NCBI RefSeq assembly: GCF_006345805.1
Contig: NC_042998.1
Coordinates: 148,428,001 to 148,492,000 of the forward strand
Reading direction: 5' to 3'
Length of the DNA: 64,000 nt
Source of the DNA: Octopus sinensis
Lineage: Eukaryota
Shown here: piece by piece, positions 28,051-40,702 of the stretch
How the letters are laid out: every line of letters starts with the position of its first letter
Numbering within the stretch: the first letter of the stretch is position 1
The notes under the pieces: generated by a model
The model's database searches: none
Seen by the model: the letters and a program-made list of their open reading frames with translations, nothing else
What the model was told of the DNA's origin: nothing
Translations under genes and position numbers: made by a program

Positions 28051-29519
28051 GCTGGTTTCAAATTTTGGCAAAAAGATTGAGATTTTAGCGATTCCAGTGT
28101 TCATCTGTGACCTTGAAAAAGTGTGAAACACAATGTCCACCTGACGATATCTGAACTCAGAACATAAAAAGCTGGAAGAAATGCTGGTATTTGATTGGTG
28201 CGGTAACGATTCTCTTGCTCGCCGCTTTTAGTTTATTTATTATATCAATGTGTTTCTATACGCAATACAGTTACTGACGTCGAGAAAGTATTTATTACCC
28301 GAATATATTGGCTATTCCAAACAGTATGTCATTTTATATTATGGTGAGACAAATTCTTGTAATTATTTCTGCAGATTTAAGGCGTCTTAGTTTATAATTT
28401 TTGTTCAACGAGTATTACTGGTATTTCATTGTTTACTTCTCATTCTTGGAAGTTCCAACATACGTTTAAAATATATAACGATATTTTTCTTTTCGATTCT
28501 TCATTTGAATTATATAGTCATCGTGGTTATAGCGTCTTAAATCAAAGTAGAACAACCTTCTCTCATTTGCTGATCCACCGACTTGAGATGCAGGGTATAC
28601 TGAAGTACCCAACAAAAATGCTTAAACCTAGACTCTAAATAGCGCTGATACAACAAAATATTTAACTTTAAAAGCAGTGCTCCAGCAAGAGCTTAAACCT
28701 GAGTGAAAAACAGAAAAACTATGGTTTTTTAACCTTAATTTTGAACACTATAGTTGTTTCATACGATGTTGAATTTTCTTAACATATTTAGTTACTTGTT
28801 TTCCAGAACTGTTTACTTGAAATCTATATTTTTGGAATTGATTCCAATAGTAGATATTGGAGCACACTTTGTCATAGAGGCGTTTCTAATTTTTCTATGC
28901 TCTCACTAGAAGTGTGAATCACATTTAACATGTATACCATTGTCAATAATAAGTGTTAGGGAGAGCCAACGTCAGAAACACTGGTCTTGTGTTGCAACAT
29001 GAACAACTCTGAAATGAAGATTTGGTATCCTTCATTTCTAAAAGTCCAATCTTGGCTGTAATTTAGGCCACAGACGAGTCGAGCTGAAAGTATAGCGTAA
29101 TTTCCCGTTCATATCTCCAAATGTTTGGTCGTACTTTCTTTTTCCACATTAAGTAATATAGTATCATTTATATAGACTTTGTCTACGTCTATCTCCAACT
29201 CTGAATATTGCCGTTTCTTTGTGCTTAGACAATTGTTTCTTCTTTTCATGATTGTAGGCTTATGATTGCTTTATTTTCTTTAAATTATTTTAAAATATAT
29301 CTTTATTTTCTTTGAATAATTCTGTTATTACGATTGAGGTAGTTTTAGAAATGGACTAAGCATGTACCATACCTCTACTGCATGAAGATCGTTTGAAGTG
29401 AAGTTCTAGTTATAGGAAATCTATTTTATATAAATCTGCCTTTAGGTCACGTGTTAGCTATTTGATAGGAATATCTTCTTAGTCTTAGAATATACATTGA
29501 ACTTCTGCACCATCCAAAT

Positions 29520-29590
29520 AATAACAACAATAAACATAATAATAATAATAATAATAATAATGATAATAATAATAATAATAATGGTGATGA

Positions 29591-29633
<43 letters not shown>

Positions 29634-29634
29634 G

Positions 29635-29676
<42 letters not shown>

Positions 29677-29706
29677 ATAATAATATAATAATAATAATGG
29701 TGATGA

Positions 29707-29758
<52 letters not shown>

Positions 29759-29759
29759 G

Positions 29760-29816
<57 letters not shown>

Positions 29817-29840
29817 ATAATAATAATAATCATCATCATC
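29520..29840. repeat. Compound (TAA)n/(CTA)n/(ATC)n tract, internally duplicated; abuts the RTE 3' end
   Basis: Block (TAA)n-TGGTGATGATA-(CTA)n-CTG-(CTA)n occurs twice. Confidence 0.9.
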
Positions 29841-29945
29841 GTGTAACGTCCGTTTTCCAGGGGCTGCACCAGGCTCCAGTCTGATCTGGCAGAGTTTCTA
29901 CAGCTGGATGCCCTTCCTAACGCCAACCACTCCGCGAGTATAGTG

Positions 29946-32900
29946 GGTGCTTTTTATGTGCCACCTGCACAGGTGCCAGGGGGTGTCCGGCATCTGCCAC
30001 GATCGGTTGGAGCTTTTAACGTGCCACCGGCACGGAAGCCAGTCGGGGCGTCTCTGGCAATGGCCACGTTCGGATGCTGCTTTTTATGTGCCACCGGCAC
30101 AGAAGCCAGCCGGGGCGGCGCTGGCAACGGCCACGTTCGGATGGTGCTTTTTATGTGCCACCGGCACAGAAGCCAGTCGGGGCGGCGCTGGCATCGGCCA
30201 CGTACGGATGGTGCTTTTTATGTGCCACCGGCACAGAAGCCAGTCGGGGCGGCGCTAGCATCGGAAACGTTCGGATGGTGCTTTTTATGTGCCACCGGCA
30301 CAGAAGCCAGTCGGAGCGGCGCTGGCATCGGTCACGTTCGGATGGTGCTTTTTATGTGCCACCGGCACAGAAGCCAGTCGGAGCGGGCTGGCATCGGCCA
30401 CGTTCGGATAGTGCTTTTTATGTGCCACCTGCACAAAAGCCAGTCTGGTCACCGCTGGCTGGGATCGGTGACGTTCGGATGGTGCTTTTTATGTGCCACT
30501 GGCACAGGAGCCAGTCGGGGCGGAGCTGGCATCGGCCACGTTCGGATGGTGCTTTTTATGTGCCACCGGCACGGAAGCCAGTCGGGGCGGCGCTGGCATC
30601 GGCCACGTTCGGATGGTGCTTTTTATGTGCCACCGGCACGGAAGCTAGTCGGGGCGGCGCTGGCATCGGCCACGTTCGGATGGTGCTTTTTATGTGCCAC
30701 CGCACGGAAGCCAGTCGGGGCGGCGCAACATCGGCCACGTTGGGATGGTGCTTTTTATGTGCCACCGGCACAGGGGCCAGTCGGGGCGGCGCTGGCATCG
30801 GCCACGTTCGGATGGTGCTTTTTATGTGCCACCGGCACGGAAGCTAGTCGGGGCGGCGCTGGCATCGGCCACGTTCGGATGGTGCTTTTTATGTGCACCG
30901 GCACAGAAGCCAGTCGAGCGGCTGGCATCGGCCACGTTCGGATAGTGCTTTTTATGTGCCACCTGCACAAACCATCTGGTCACCGCTGGCTGGGATCGGT
31001 GACGTTCGGATGGTGCTTTTTATGTGCCACTGGCACAGGAGCCAGTCGGGGCGGCGCTGGCATCGGCCACGTTCGGATGGTGCTTTTTATGTGCCACCGG
31101 CACGGAAGCCAGTCGGGGCGGCGCTGGCATCGGCCACGTTCGGATGGTGCTTTTTATGTGCCACCGGCACGGAAGCTAGTCGGGGCGGCGCTGGCATCGG
31201 CCACGTTCGGATGGTGCTTTTTATGTGCCACCGGCACGGAAGCCAGTCGGGGCGGCGCTAGCATCGGCCACGTTGGGATGGTGCTTTTTATGTGCCACCG
31301 GCACAGGGCCAGTCGGGGCGGCGCTGGCATCGGCCACGTTCGGATGGTGCTTTTTATGTGCCACCGGCACGGAAGCTAGTCGGGGCGGCGCTGGCATCGG
31401 CCACGTTCGGATGGTGCTTTTTATGTGCCACCGACACAGAAGCCAGTCGGGGCGGCGCTGGCTGGCATCGGCCACGTTCGGATGGAGCTTTTTATGTGAC
31501 ACCGGCACAACAGCCAGTCGGGGCGGTGCTGGCATCGGCCACGTTCGGTTGGTGCTTTTTATGTGTCACCGGCATGGAAGCCAGTCGGGGCGGCGCTGGC
31601 ATCGGCCACGTTCGGATGGTGCTTTTTATGTGCCACCGGCACAGGGCCAGTCGGGGCGGCGCTGGCACCGGCCACGTTCGGATGGTGCTTTTTATGTGCC
31701 ACCGGCACGGAAGCCAGTCGGGGCGGCGCTGGCATTGGCCACGTTCGGATGGTGCTTTTTATGTGCCACCGCACAGGGCCAGTCGGGGCGGCGCTGGCAC
31801 CGCCACGTTCGGATGGTGCTTTTTATGTGCCCCCGGCACAAGCCAGTCGGGGCGGCGCTGGCATTGGCCACGTTCGGATGGTGCTTTTTATGTGCCACCG
31901 GCACGGAAGCCAGTCGGAGCGGCGCTGGCATCGGCCACGTTCGGATGGTGCTTTTTATGTGCCACCGGCACAGAAGCCAGTCGGGGCGGCGCTGGCTGGA
32001 ATCGCCCACGTTGGATGGTGCTTTTTATGTGCCACTGGCACAGGAGCCAGTCGGGGCGGCGCTGGCATCGGCCACGTTCGGATGGTGCTTTTTATGTGTC
32101 ACGGCACGAAGCCAGTCGGGGCGATGCTGCATCGGCCCGTTCGGATGGTGCTTTTTATGTCCCACCGGCACAGAAGCCAGTCGGGTCGGCGCTGGCAACG
32201 GCCACGTTCGGATGGTGCTTTTTATGTCCCACCGGCACAGAAGCCAGTCGGGTCGGCGCTGGCACGGCCACGTTGGGATGGTGCTTTTTATGTGCCACCG
32301 GCACAGAAGCCAGTCGGGTCGGCGCTGGCTGGCATCGGCCACGTTCGGATGGAGCTTTTTATGTACCACCGGCACAGGAGCCAGTCGGGGCGGCGCTGGC
32401 ATCGGCAACTTCGGATGGTGCTTTATTATGTGCCACCGGCACAGAAGCCAGTCGGGGCGGCGCTGGCTGGAATCGCCCACGTTGGGATGGTGCTTTTTAT
32501 GTGCCACTGGCACAGGAGCCAGTCGGGGCGGCGCTGGCATCGGCCACGTTCGGATGGTGCTTTTTATGTGTCACCGGCACGGAAGCCAGTCGGGGCGATG
32601 CTGGCATCGGCCACGTTCGGATGGTGCTTTTTATGTGCCACCGGCACAGAAGCCAGTCGGGTCGGCGCTGGCAACGGCCACGTTCGGATGGTGCTTTTTA
32701 TGTGCCACCGGCACAGAAGCCAGTCGGGTCGGCGCTGGCAACGGCCACGTTCGGATGGTGCTTTTTATGTGCCACCGGCACAGAAGCCAGTCGGGTCGGC
32801 GCTGGCTGGCATCGGCCACGTTCGGATGGAGCTTTTTATGTGCCACCGGCACAGGAGCCAGTCGGGGCGGCGCTGGCATCGGCAACTTCGGATGGTGCTT

Positions 32901-33052
32901 TATTATGTGCCACCGGCACAGAAGCCAGTCGGGGCGGCGCTGGCATCGGCCACGTTCGGATAGTGCTTTTTATGTGACACCAGCACAAGCCAGTGGGGCG
33001 GCGCTGGCATCGGCCACGTTCGGATGGTGCTTTTTATGTGCCACCGGCACAG
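29946..33052. repeat. GC-rich minisatellite, 67-bp unit, about 47 copies
   Basis: Unit GTGCCACCGGCACAGAAGCCAGTCGGGGCGGCGCTGGCATCGGCCACGTTCGGATGGTGCTTTTTAT; copies counted by hand from the T-run anchor. Confidence 0.97.
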
Positions 33053-33182
33053 GTATCACAACTACTATTTCCATTGATATTTATATTTATTTCGATGTTC
33101 ATGTTCATGTACTTGACTCAACAGTTCTCCTCAAGCACAGCGAGACGATCCGGGATCCAGGGGGATTTGAATGGGCAGGGGG

Positions 33183-34622
33183 CTATGCAGGACTGGTGCA
33201 GGAAGCAGCCCGGGTCTTTGCAGTCACAGCATATCTCCAGAGATCTCGGTCCTTCGCCATTGACTCAGTGAGGCCCAACGCTCTGAGGTCATGCTTGACT
33301 ACCTCACCCCATGTCTTCCTGGGTCTATCTCTCCCCCTGATACCTTCAACTGTTTGGGAGTGGCACTTCTTCACACATCTCTCCTCATCCATCCGCAGCA
33401 CATGACCATACCATCGCAAGCGTCGCTCTTGCACACCACATCTGATGCTTCTTATGTCCAGCATTTCTCTCAGGGTGCTTACACTCTGTCGTGCGTGCAC
33501 ACTGACATTACACATCCAGCGGATCATCCTAGCTTCATTTCTTTCAAGTCTACGCATGTCCTCTGCAGTGACAGCCCATGTTTCACTACCGTGAAGCATG
33601 GCAGTTCGCACACATGCATCATACAATCTACCTTTCACTCTGAGCGAGAGGCCCTTTGTCGCTAGTAGGGGTAGGAGCTGACTGAACTTTGCCCAGGCTA
33701 TTCGTATTCTAGCAGTGATACTCTCTGAGCATCCACCTTCACTACTAACTTGGTCACCCAGGTAGCGGAAACTATCAACTACTTCTAGTTTCTTCCCCTG
33801 GAGTGTGATGGAATCTGTTTTCTGAGTGTCTGTGGTGTCTATTGTCCCTGTGCATCTGCCGCACATGAAAGCTATCTTATCAGTTAATTTCCCTTTGATG
33901 TTGCTGCACCTCTTATGCGTCCATAGCTTATATTGGGTGCATCTTATGGAGTTTCTACCTACACCTTTCCTACAGATCGAGCAGGGCCACCTACCCGAGG
34001 GTGTGTGTGCTGAGTTCGCCTTCCTGCTTACCATAACTTTGGTCTTTGCTACATTTACTCTAAGGCCCTTTGATTCTAACCCTTGCTTCCACACCTGAAA
34101 TTTCTTTTCTATTTCCGGTAGTGATTCTGCTATGAGAGCCAGGTCGTCAGCATCCTGTTTTGAATTCCTCTGTTATTGCCTGGAGGACTATGATGAATAA
34201 AAGGGGACTGAGGGCTGAGCCTTGGTGAACACCTACTTCTACCCGGAATTCTTCACTATATTCGTTGCCAATCCTAACCTTGCTGACAGCCTCACTGTAT
34301 AGAGCCTGTACAGCCCTTATTAGCCATTCATCAATTTCCAGTTTCCGCATCGACCACCAGATAAGGGATCGGGGAACCCTGTCAAAGTCTTTCTCCAAGT
34401 CTAGGTGACTAGGCCATAGCCCACATAGCCAGCTGTTTTAAGCATCCCAGTAGTGATTCCTGATGGACCGGGGGCTTTACCTGTTCTCATATCCTTAATT
34501 GCCTTATCTACAAGGGAGCTGTCTATTCGGATAGCTGGTCCCTCTACTGGGTCAACATTTGGCAGGCTCTCCTCCTCCCATTCATTCTCCTCATTCAGCA
34601 GTCTTTCATAATGGCTCTCCAA
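33183..34622 (-). pseudogene. RTE reverse transcriptase and C-terminal region, frameshifted and internally deleted
   Basis: KAPGPSG, (D)LEKDFDRVPR, GVHQGSALSPLLF, FRYLG, LYDACVRTAMLHGSETW, RLRWYGHVLRM, RPRKTW. Confidence 0.95.
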
Positions 34623-35941
34623 GCCTCTTTCTTTTCACCGACATTAAGAGCAAGTGCCCCATCATCCATGCGGACACATTTCTCTCCTGTAACATCACTA
34701 TTTTCTCTCACACACTGTCTGGCAATCCGAAATACCTCAGCTCTTTGGTCCTCTCGTTGCAGGACATTGGCAAACTTCTTCTTTTCTGCTACATCTTTGG
34801 CTATGTATACCTGCCGCCCAGCTTCCCTTTTGGCTACCTGGTACAGTTCCCTGCTGCCCCCATCCCTCCAGGCTTTCCAGGCCTGTCTCTTAGCACTAAT
34901 GGCTTTGTCTACTGCACTATTCCACCACCACGTAACTCTAGGTCTGGAAGGGACTTTGCACCATCGACAGACTTGGTCTGTGGCACTCAGCAAGCTGTCC
35001 CGTAGGAATTCCCAGCTACCTTCTATGTCCGACGTCTGAAACTCCTCCTCCCTCTCATCAAATTTCTTGATGAGGATGTCCCTAAATCTCTGACTATGTG
35101 AAGGGTTCTTTAGCTTCCAAATCCTTCTTTTCTGGATTGGTTTGTTTCTTGGAGTCCTTCTGGCCTCAAGCTTAAATTCACTGAGGATTAGCCTATGCTG
35201 AGGGATACATTCTTCACCCGGGAGGGTCTTTGTATTTAAGAGTGACCCTGCATCCCGCTCTCTGGTGAGGATGAAGTCTATTTGGCTAGCGGAGTCTCCT
35301 GACTGATAGGTTATAAGGTGGCAGTCAGGCTTCCTGAAGCTAGTGTTGCAGATTAAAAGGTTACATGCATCACAGAATTCCAGTAATCTAGTTCCCTCAT
35401 CATTTCTGGTGCCAATACCATGGCCACCGTGTACCCCAGTGAAGATACCGGATTTCCGCCCGACATGCCCATTAAAGTCTCCACCCACAAAGATGAGGTC
35501 CTTGCCACTAGTCCTTGAGGTAGCCTGTAGAAGAGTATCATAAAATTGGCCCTTCTGATCATTTGGTAGTCCCGCTTGTGGGGCATAGGCGGAGATAATC
35601 GTAGCTGTGCCACTCTGTAGGACTAACCTGAGCTTAAGCACTCTATCGCAAACCCTGACAACCTCTATGACCTTATCCACCCATTTCTCCACAAGGAGGA
35701 TGCCTACACCCCCTACACCATCCATGTTACCTTGCCAGAAGACTTTATACCTATGTGCCTTGCCTGTGAGGACCCTAGCTGAAGCACCTCTCCATCTTAC
35801 CTCTTGTATGCAGCATACATCAACCCGTCTTCTCTCAAGCATCTCTACAATCTCACTAGACTTACCTTTCAATGTACCAACATTGACAGTGCCAACTCTG
35901 AAAACTGGGAAGGAGATGTGAGGGGGGGGGGAGGGGAGCAA
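34595..35941 (-). pseudogene. RTE apurinic-like endonuclease domain (448-aa open segment ending in a frameshift)
   Basis: TVNVGTL, CCIQEVRW, GVGILL, IISAYAPQ, GGDFNGHVG, SQIDFIL, QHRLI (EEP motifs). Confidence 0.95.
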
Positions 35942-37030
35942 TTCAGCGCCTGAAAAGAAGAGGGTTGTTGTGGTGGTGATCGTTTTTTAGGCATTTTTTT
36001 CATCTACACTCTCTTCCGACTTGACAACATTCAAGCATTTAGGCATGTTAAGGTTGTGGTGTTAGCAGCGTAGTAAGCATAAGCACTAAGGTCATTGGTG
36101 ATGTAGATGTAAGCTCTGTGGCAGAAATACTGAAATTCTAGGTGTTAGTAGTATTCTAAGCAAGCATTATGGTCATTGAGCAACGTGGTTTAAGCAGCGT
36201 AGCAGAAACATGGATATTCTTGTGTTGGGTTGAAGGGGGGGGGTCCAGCTGAGAGAAAATTTTGGGTTGCATTGCGGCGGGGAAGGGTTCCGGCAGAGAG
36301 AAGAGAGGGAGAGAAAGTGGGGGGTGTGCATGTAATATAGGGGAGCACCAGTGGGGAAGGTTTGGGGTAAAGAGAAACGATGACAGGTAGGGTTGGTGGC
36401 AGGTTCTAGACAGAATGAAAAGTAGGAAGTAAAACGTAGGATATCACGAGTGGGGGAGGGGGCTGGAAGGAGATAGCCGGTTGAGGCAGTGGCAGATTTC
36501 AAAACAGGAGGAACATAAGATAACAGGTTAAGTGGGACATTTGATAAGCTGCGGCGCTAGCTGCTTCTATCTAGGGGGAGAGAGGCAGGGGTAAATACAT
36601 AGTGAGAAAGTATATTGAGGAGGAGGGGTAGGAGGAACAGACACACGTAGTGGTGGCGGTGGTAGAGGGGATATCCGGTGAGGATGGTGTAAACAGAGTG
36701 TTCTCTTTTATGGGTGGTGGGGGTGGGAAAGGGCGGGCGAACCGCGAATGGCGGCGAAGATTTTGATTGGGGACGGTAGTGATAAGAGTTAAGCAATCGG
36801 GGTTTGAAGAAATTAACATAGAGTAACGAACGAATTAACTTGGTACCGAGGGGTTAAAAAAATTAAAGGGTTATATTTTGTGGGGGGACCATATCAACAG
36901 TTAGCTCAAGAACAAGCAGAATTAGTGAATAGATTCGAACATTTAAGGGTTAGCGGCAAATGTATGTATGTAGTACGAGAGTCGGAAGAAATGAAATGAG
37001 AATTCTTAGCTTGCTATGGTCATCGCTGTG

Positions 37031-37107
<77 letters not shown>

Positions 37108-38069
37108 TGCATGGGGAACTACACCCTAAAGCAAACATAAACGGACTGTATATGAAAAGAAAGAATGGTGGTAGACCATTGTATAAGGAGTTAAAGGAGA
37201 ACCAAAGAGCTGAGGAGAAGCGAAAAGAAAACCTTCTTGAAATTAGATTTCATGGACAGTTTGAAAGGAATACACAAGACGTTAAGAATAATACAACATC
37301 GTGGGCATGGCTTGAGCGAAGTGATTTGAAGCGTACCACCGAAAACCTGATCATTGCTGCACAAGACCAGGCTCTCGCTACCAATTCAGTGAAGTATAAC
37401 ATCTATAAAACTTCTGACAACTAGAAATGCAGACTCTGTGGAAAGAGTGTGGAAAATGTGACCCACTTGGTAAGTGGATGTGAGAGTCTTGCACAAAAAG
37501 AATACAAGCGCCGTCACGATAAAGTGTGTGTGCATCATCATTGGCCTTTATGCCGTAAATACCAATATAAAGTAACAGAGAACTAGTATGAACAAGTAAA
37601 GTTATGCAGGTGGATGGAAAAGCAACGATACTCTGGGACTATGATTTTCAGAGGGATCGTGTAATCGAACACCATCGGCCGGATATTGTCATATTGAAAA
37701 AGAGAGACAAATAATGTCAGATCATTGATGTAGCCATACCAAATGACATGAACATTGTAAGTAATGAGGTTGAAAAAAATCATCAAGTACGCCGAACTGA
37801 AAGTCGAAATGGCAAGACTATATGGAATGCGAGAGGTTAATGTAAAAGTGATACGGGTGGTGTTCGGAGCGCTGGGCTTAATCCCATTGAAACTTTAAAA
37901 CTTCTTAAGGCAATTGGAAATCTCATGCAAAATTAATGACTTGCAAAAAACAGCCTTATTGGGCACAGCGCACATCTTAAGGAAAGTATTATCTGTATGA
38001 GGTCCTTGTTGTGACTTGAAAGATGACTAAAGACTCCGGTGCAGTTTACCTACACTGTGTTACGAAGAA
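37108..38069 (+). mobile_element. 5'-truncated R4/Dong-type non-LTR retrotransposon (CCHC finger + restriction-like endonuclease) inserted in (TAA)n
   Basis: FHGQF, IIAAQDQAL, CRLCGKSVENVTHLVSGC, EYKRRHDKV, RPDIVIL...IIDVAIP, GALG, LQKTALLGTAHILRKVL*; TAA repeats on both sides. Confidence 0.9.
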
Positions 38070-38084
38070 ATAATAATGATAATG

Positions 38085-38294
38085 GTTTAAAAGTTTGGCA
38101 CAAGCCCAGCCATTTCAGAGTGGGGATAATTCGATTTCATCGGCCCCAGTGATCAATTGATATTTATTTTATTGACCCAGGAAGGATAGAAGGTAAAGTC
38201 GAGTCACGCAAAATTTGAACTTCAGAACGTAAAGACAGACGAGATACCGCTAAGAATTTTGACCGATATGCTAACAATTCTGCCTGCTCTTGCC

Positions 38295-38295
<1 letters not shown>
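38085..38295 (-). mobile_element. SINE family 2
   Basis: ggcacaagccc ... aatttgaacttcagaacgtaaagac ... attctgcctgctcttgcctt. Confidence 0.8.
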
Positions 38296-38369
<74 letters not shown>

Positions 38370-38371
<2 letters not shown>

Positions 38372-38995
38372 CATGTACATTGTTTTGTCATGGTACAAAA
38401 GATGGGCTACAGCAAATATTCTACTCAATACCACAGATTTGCTTGCCAGTTGTTTGACCTTAACCAGTTTTGCCCTGATGCTGTACCAGACATTGGCTCA
38501 CATGGCTTTTGATCTTAACTGATTGGAAGTGTTATCATGTACATTGTGTTGTCTTGGTATAAAAGGTGGGCTACAGCAAATATTCTGCTCAATACCATAG
38601 ATTTGCTTGCCAGTTGTTTGACCTTAACCAGATGAGCATGTCCCTTAGTGGCTGACGATATGTGCATCTCTGATCACGAGCAGAAGTAGTGAGGGAGTAT
38701 CATAGCCATGTGTTGAGAGGAGTTCTTTGGGATTTGAATAATTCACCTCTGGAAACATGGGTGTTTCATTCAACATCCTTAAACAACCCTTATTCAGGGA
38801 CCTTTTGAACATGATGGGTTACTCGACCCGAAGAAAATTCTAACTGGGCCCCACCTGCAAGGTCTTGTGATGCATGTGCCTAGTGTACCCTTATCAGACA
38901 GGTAGTCATGATGGGTATACTGGGCTTCCTATATTTTACCCCAGTGTCACTTTGATGGCATGCTCTGCTCTCTCACTCAATAATAATAATAATAA
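38370..38995 (+). mobile_element. Non-coding retroposon-like 3' segment flanked by (TAA)n, with an internal duplication of about 165-bp period
   Basis: Starts and ends in (TAA)n; ATCATGTACATTG...TTGACCTTAACCAG occurs twice (about 38370 and 38535). The LINE 3'-UTR identity is inferred. Confidence 0.55.
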
Positions 38996-40269
38996 TATTG
39001 AAACAGTACAGTGATGGTATTTGTTTATTTTGTTACTTTTTATACAAATATCTTTGAGAAGTAGCTTTACGTGTACTGAATACTTTATACATATAATAAG
39101 TACCCTTTATATGTACTGGTACTCTTTATATATAGGTACCCTTTGAATTTATTCGTGGTACTCTTTACATGTCTTGGGCACTTTTCATATGTACTGGGTG
39201 CTCTTTATGTATACTGTTACTTTCTAAATGTACTAGTTCCTCTTTAAATATTCTGGTTACTCTTTCCACATGCTGTTAAAGACGTCAGTTTTGTTTGTTG
39301 AATTGGGATTCAAATGAAAACTTCCGACTTTTGTTTTAGATATCTGGTATATGTTCCTTAGCCCAAGGTCAATCCTGATCATACAGATGTATGATAAAAA
39401 ATGTCCCACCAGTGACTATACTACCTTTTGAAGGATATCTAAGACTACATTTTATAATATGTACTTGCCTTTTTTTAAAAGTTGGGTATAACCATATATT
39501 TTGGTGCTGAGTCACTTAGTATAGTGTACATCTATATCATAGAATGTGGTCTATATCGAAACTTTATCATAACACTGCAATTAAATAAAATCCAATTATT
39601 CTCATGCTGATTTCCTTTGCAAAGTCCACTAAACATAACTTAGATAGACCTAGTCTATCAGAATTAAATAACTTCGCAGGGCAAGGATTCGGTGAGAAGA
39701 GATATGAAACGGAGACTCTTAAAACGTTAGCTAGTAGATATTTTGTAATCATTGCAGTCGGCTTAAAAAAACATACGTATTTCTTTAACACTTCTGTTTT
39801 TACGTTAAACCAATTATTAGTTTTCAAAAATACTGTACTTAGTCACCCAAGATTATTCTGTAACTCTGTAGTATAAAAAAAAATTGTCATTAGTATTCTT
39901 AAATCTTATTTGTGAAAGTAACAATGTACTAATAACATTGGCTTCGTGAATGTATGTTAGAAAAGAAGTTAAAAACTTCAAATTTCATCTGGGGACAATA
40001 AGTTTGCAAGTCTTGAAATTATGATTTTAATTTTGAAAGTACCCAGTGCTCTGTGACAAGTTGATACAGTTCTGGAGTCCAAAAGCAATATTCAGAAAAT
40101 ACTTTTTACCATTTTTATCGAGGTACTTTTTTTACACAATGAGCTAGAAACATTTAGCGAATCCCTCATGACAATTCTAAATAGATTAGTTCTGTCACTT
40201 TTTTCCATTTTCACTGTCTATATACATACGTACATACATGGACATGTGGCCAATCATACAAAGATACAA

Positions 40270-40303
<34 letters not shown>

Positions 40304-40306
<3 letters not shown>

Positions 40307-40702
40307 TGGCTGTGTGGCAAGTAGCTTGCTTACCAACCACATGGTTCCGGGTTCAGTCCCACTGCGTGGCACCTTGGGCAAGTGTCTTCTGCTATAGCCT
40401 CGGGCCGACCAATGCCTTGTGAGTGATTTGGTAGACGGAAACTGAAAGAAGCCTGTCGTATATATGTATATATATATATGTATGCATGTGTGTGTGTGTG
40501 TTTGTGTGTCTGTGTTTGTCCCCCTAGCATTGCTTGACAACCGATGCTGGTGTGTTTACGTCCCCGTCACTTAGCGGTTCGGCAAAAGAGACCGATAGAA
40601 TAAGTACTGGGCTTACAAAGAATAAGTCTCGGGGTCGATTTGCTCGACTAAAAGGCGGTGCTCCAGCATGGCCGCAGTCAAATGACTGAAACGAGTAAAT
40701 GA

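Larger units (their letters stand above)
29836..36900 (-). mobile_element. Near full-length inactivated RTE-clade LINE with a long 3' UTR tandem array
   Basis: APE and RT ORF pieces on the minus strand (35941 to 33183); the 3' UTR continues through the 67-bp array to a (GAT)n/(ATT)n tail at about 29836. The 5' boundary is uncertain. Confidence 0.85.

Noticed and set aside
29946-33052. CRISPR-like appearance of the palindromic repeat array
   Set aside because: Units are contiguous with no unique spacers, there are no cas genes, and the context is eukaryotic.
29943-33405. Long plus-strand ORFs (478, 726, 561, 466 aa) over the 67-bp array
   Set aside because: The consensus unit has no TAA/TAG/TGA on the plus strand, so all frames stay open. 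The peptides are the same three frame-rotated repeats and run antisense to the host LINE.
36780-36960. HDV-like ribozyme expected at the 5' end of some RTE LINEs
   Set aside because: I could not build the nested double pseudoknot by eye, and the true 5' end is uncertain.
40304-40375. tRNA gene calls at SINE heads (also 16841, about 51440-51506, 11950)
   Set aside because: A/B boxes are present, but I could not fold a complete cloverleaf and each head continues into a SINE body.
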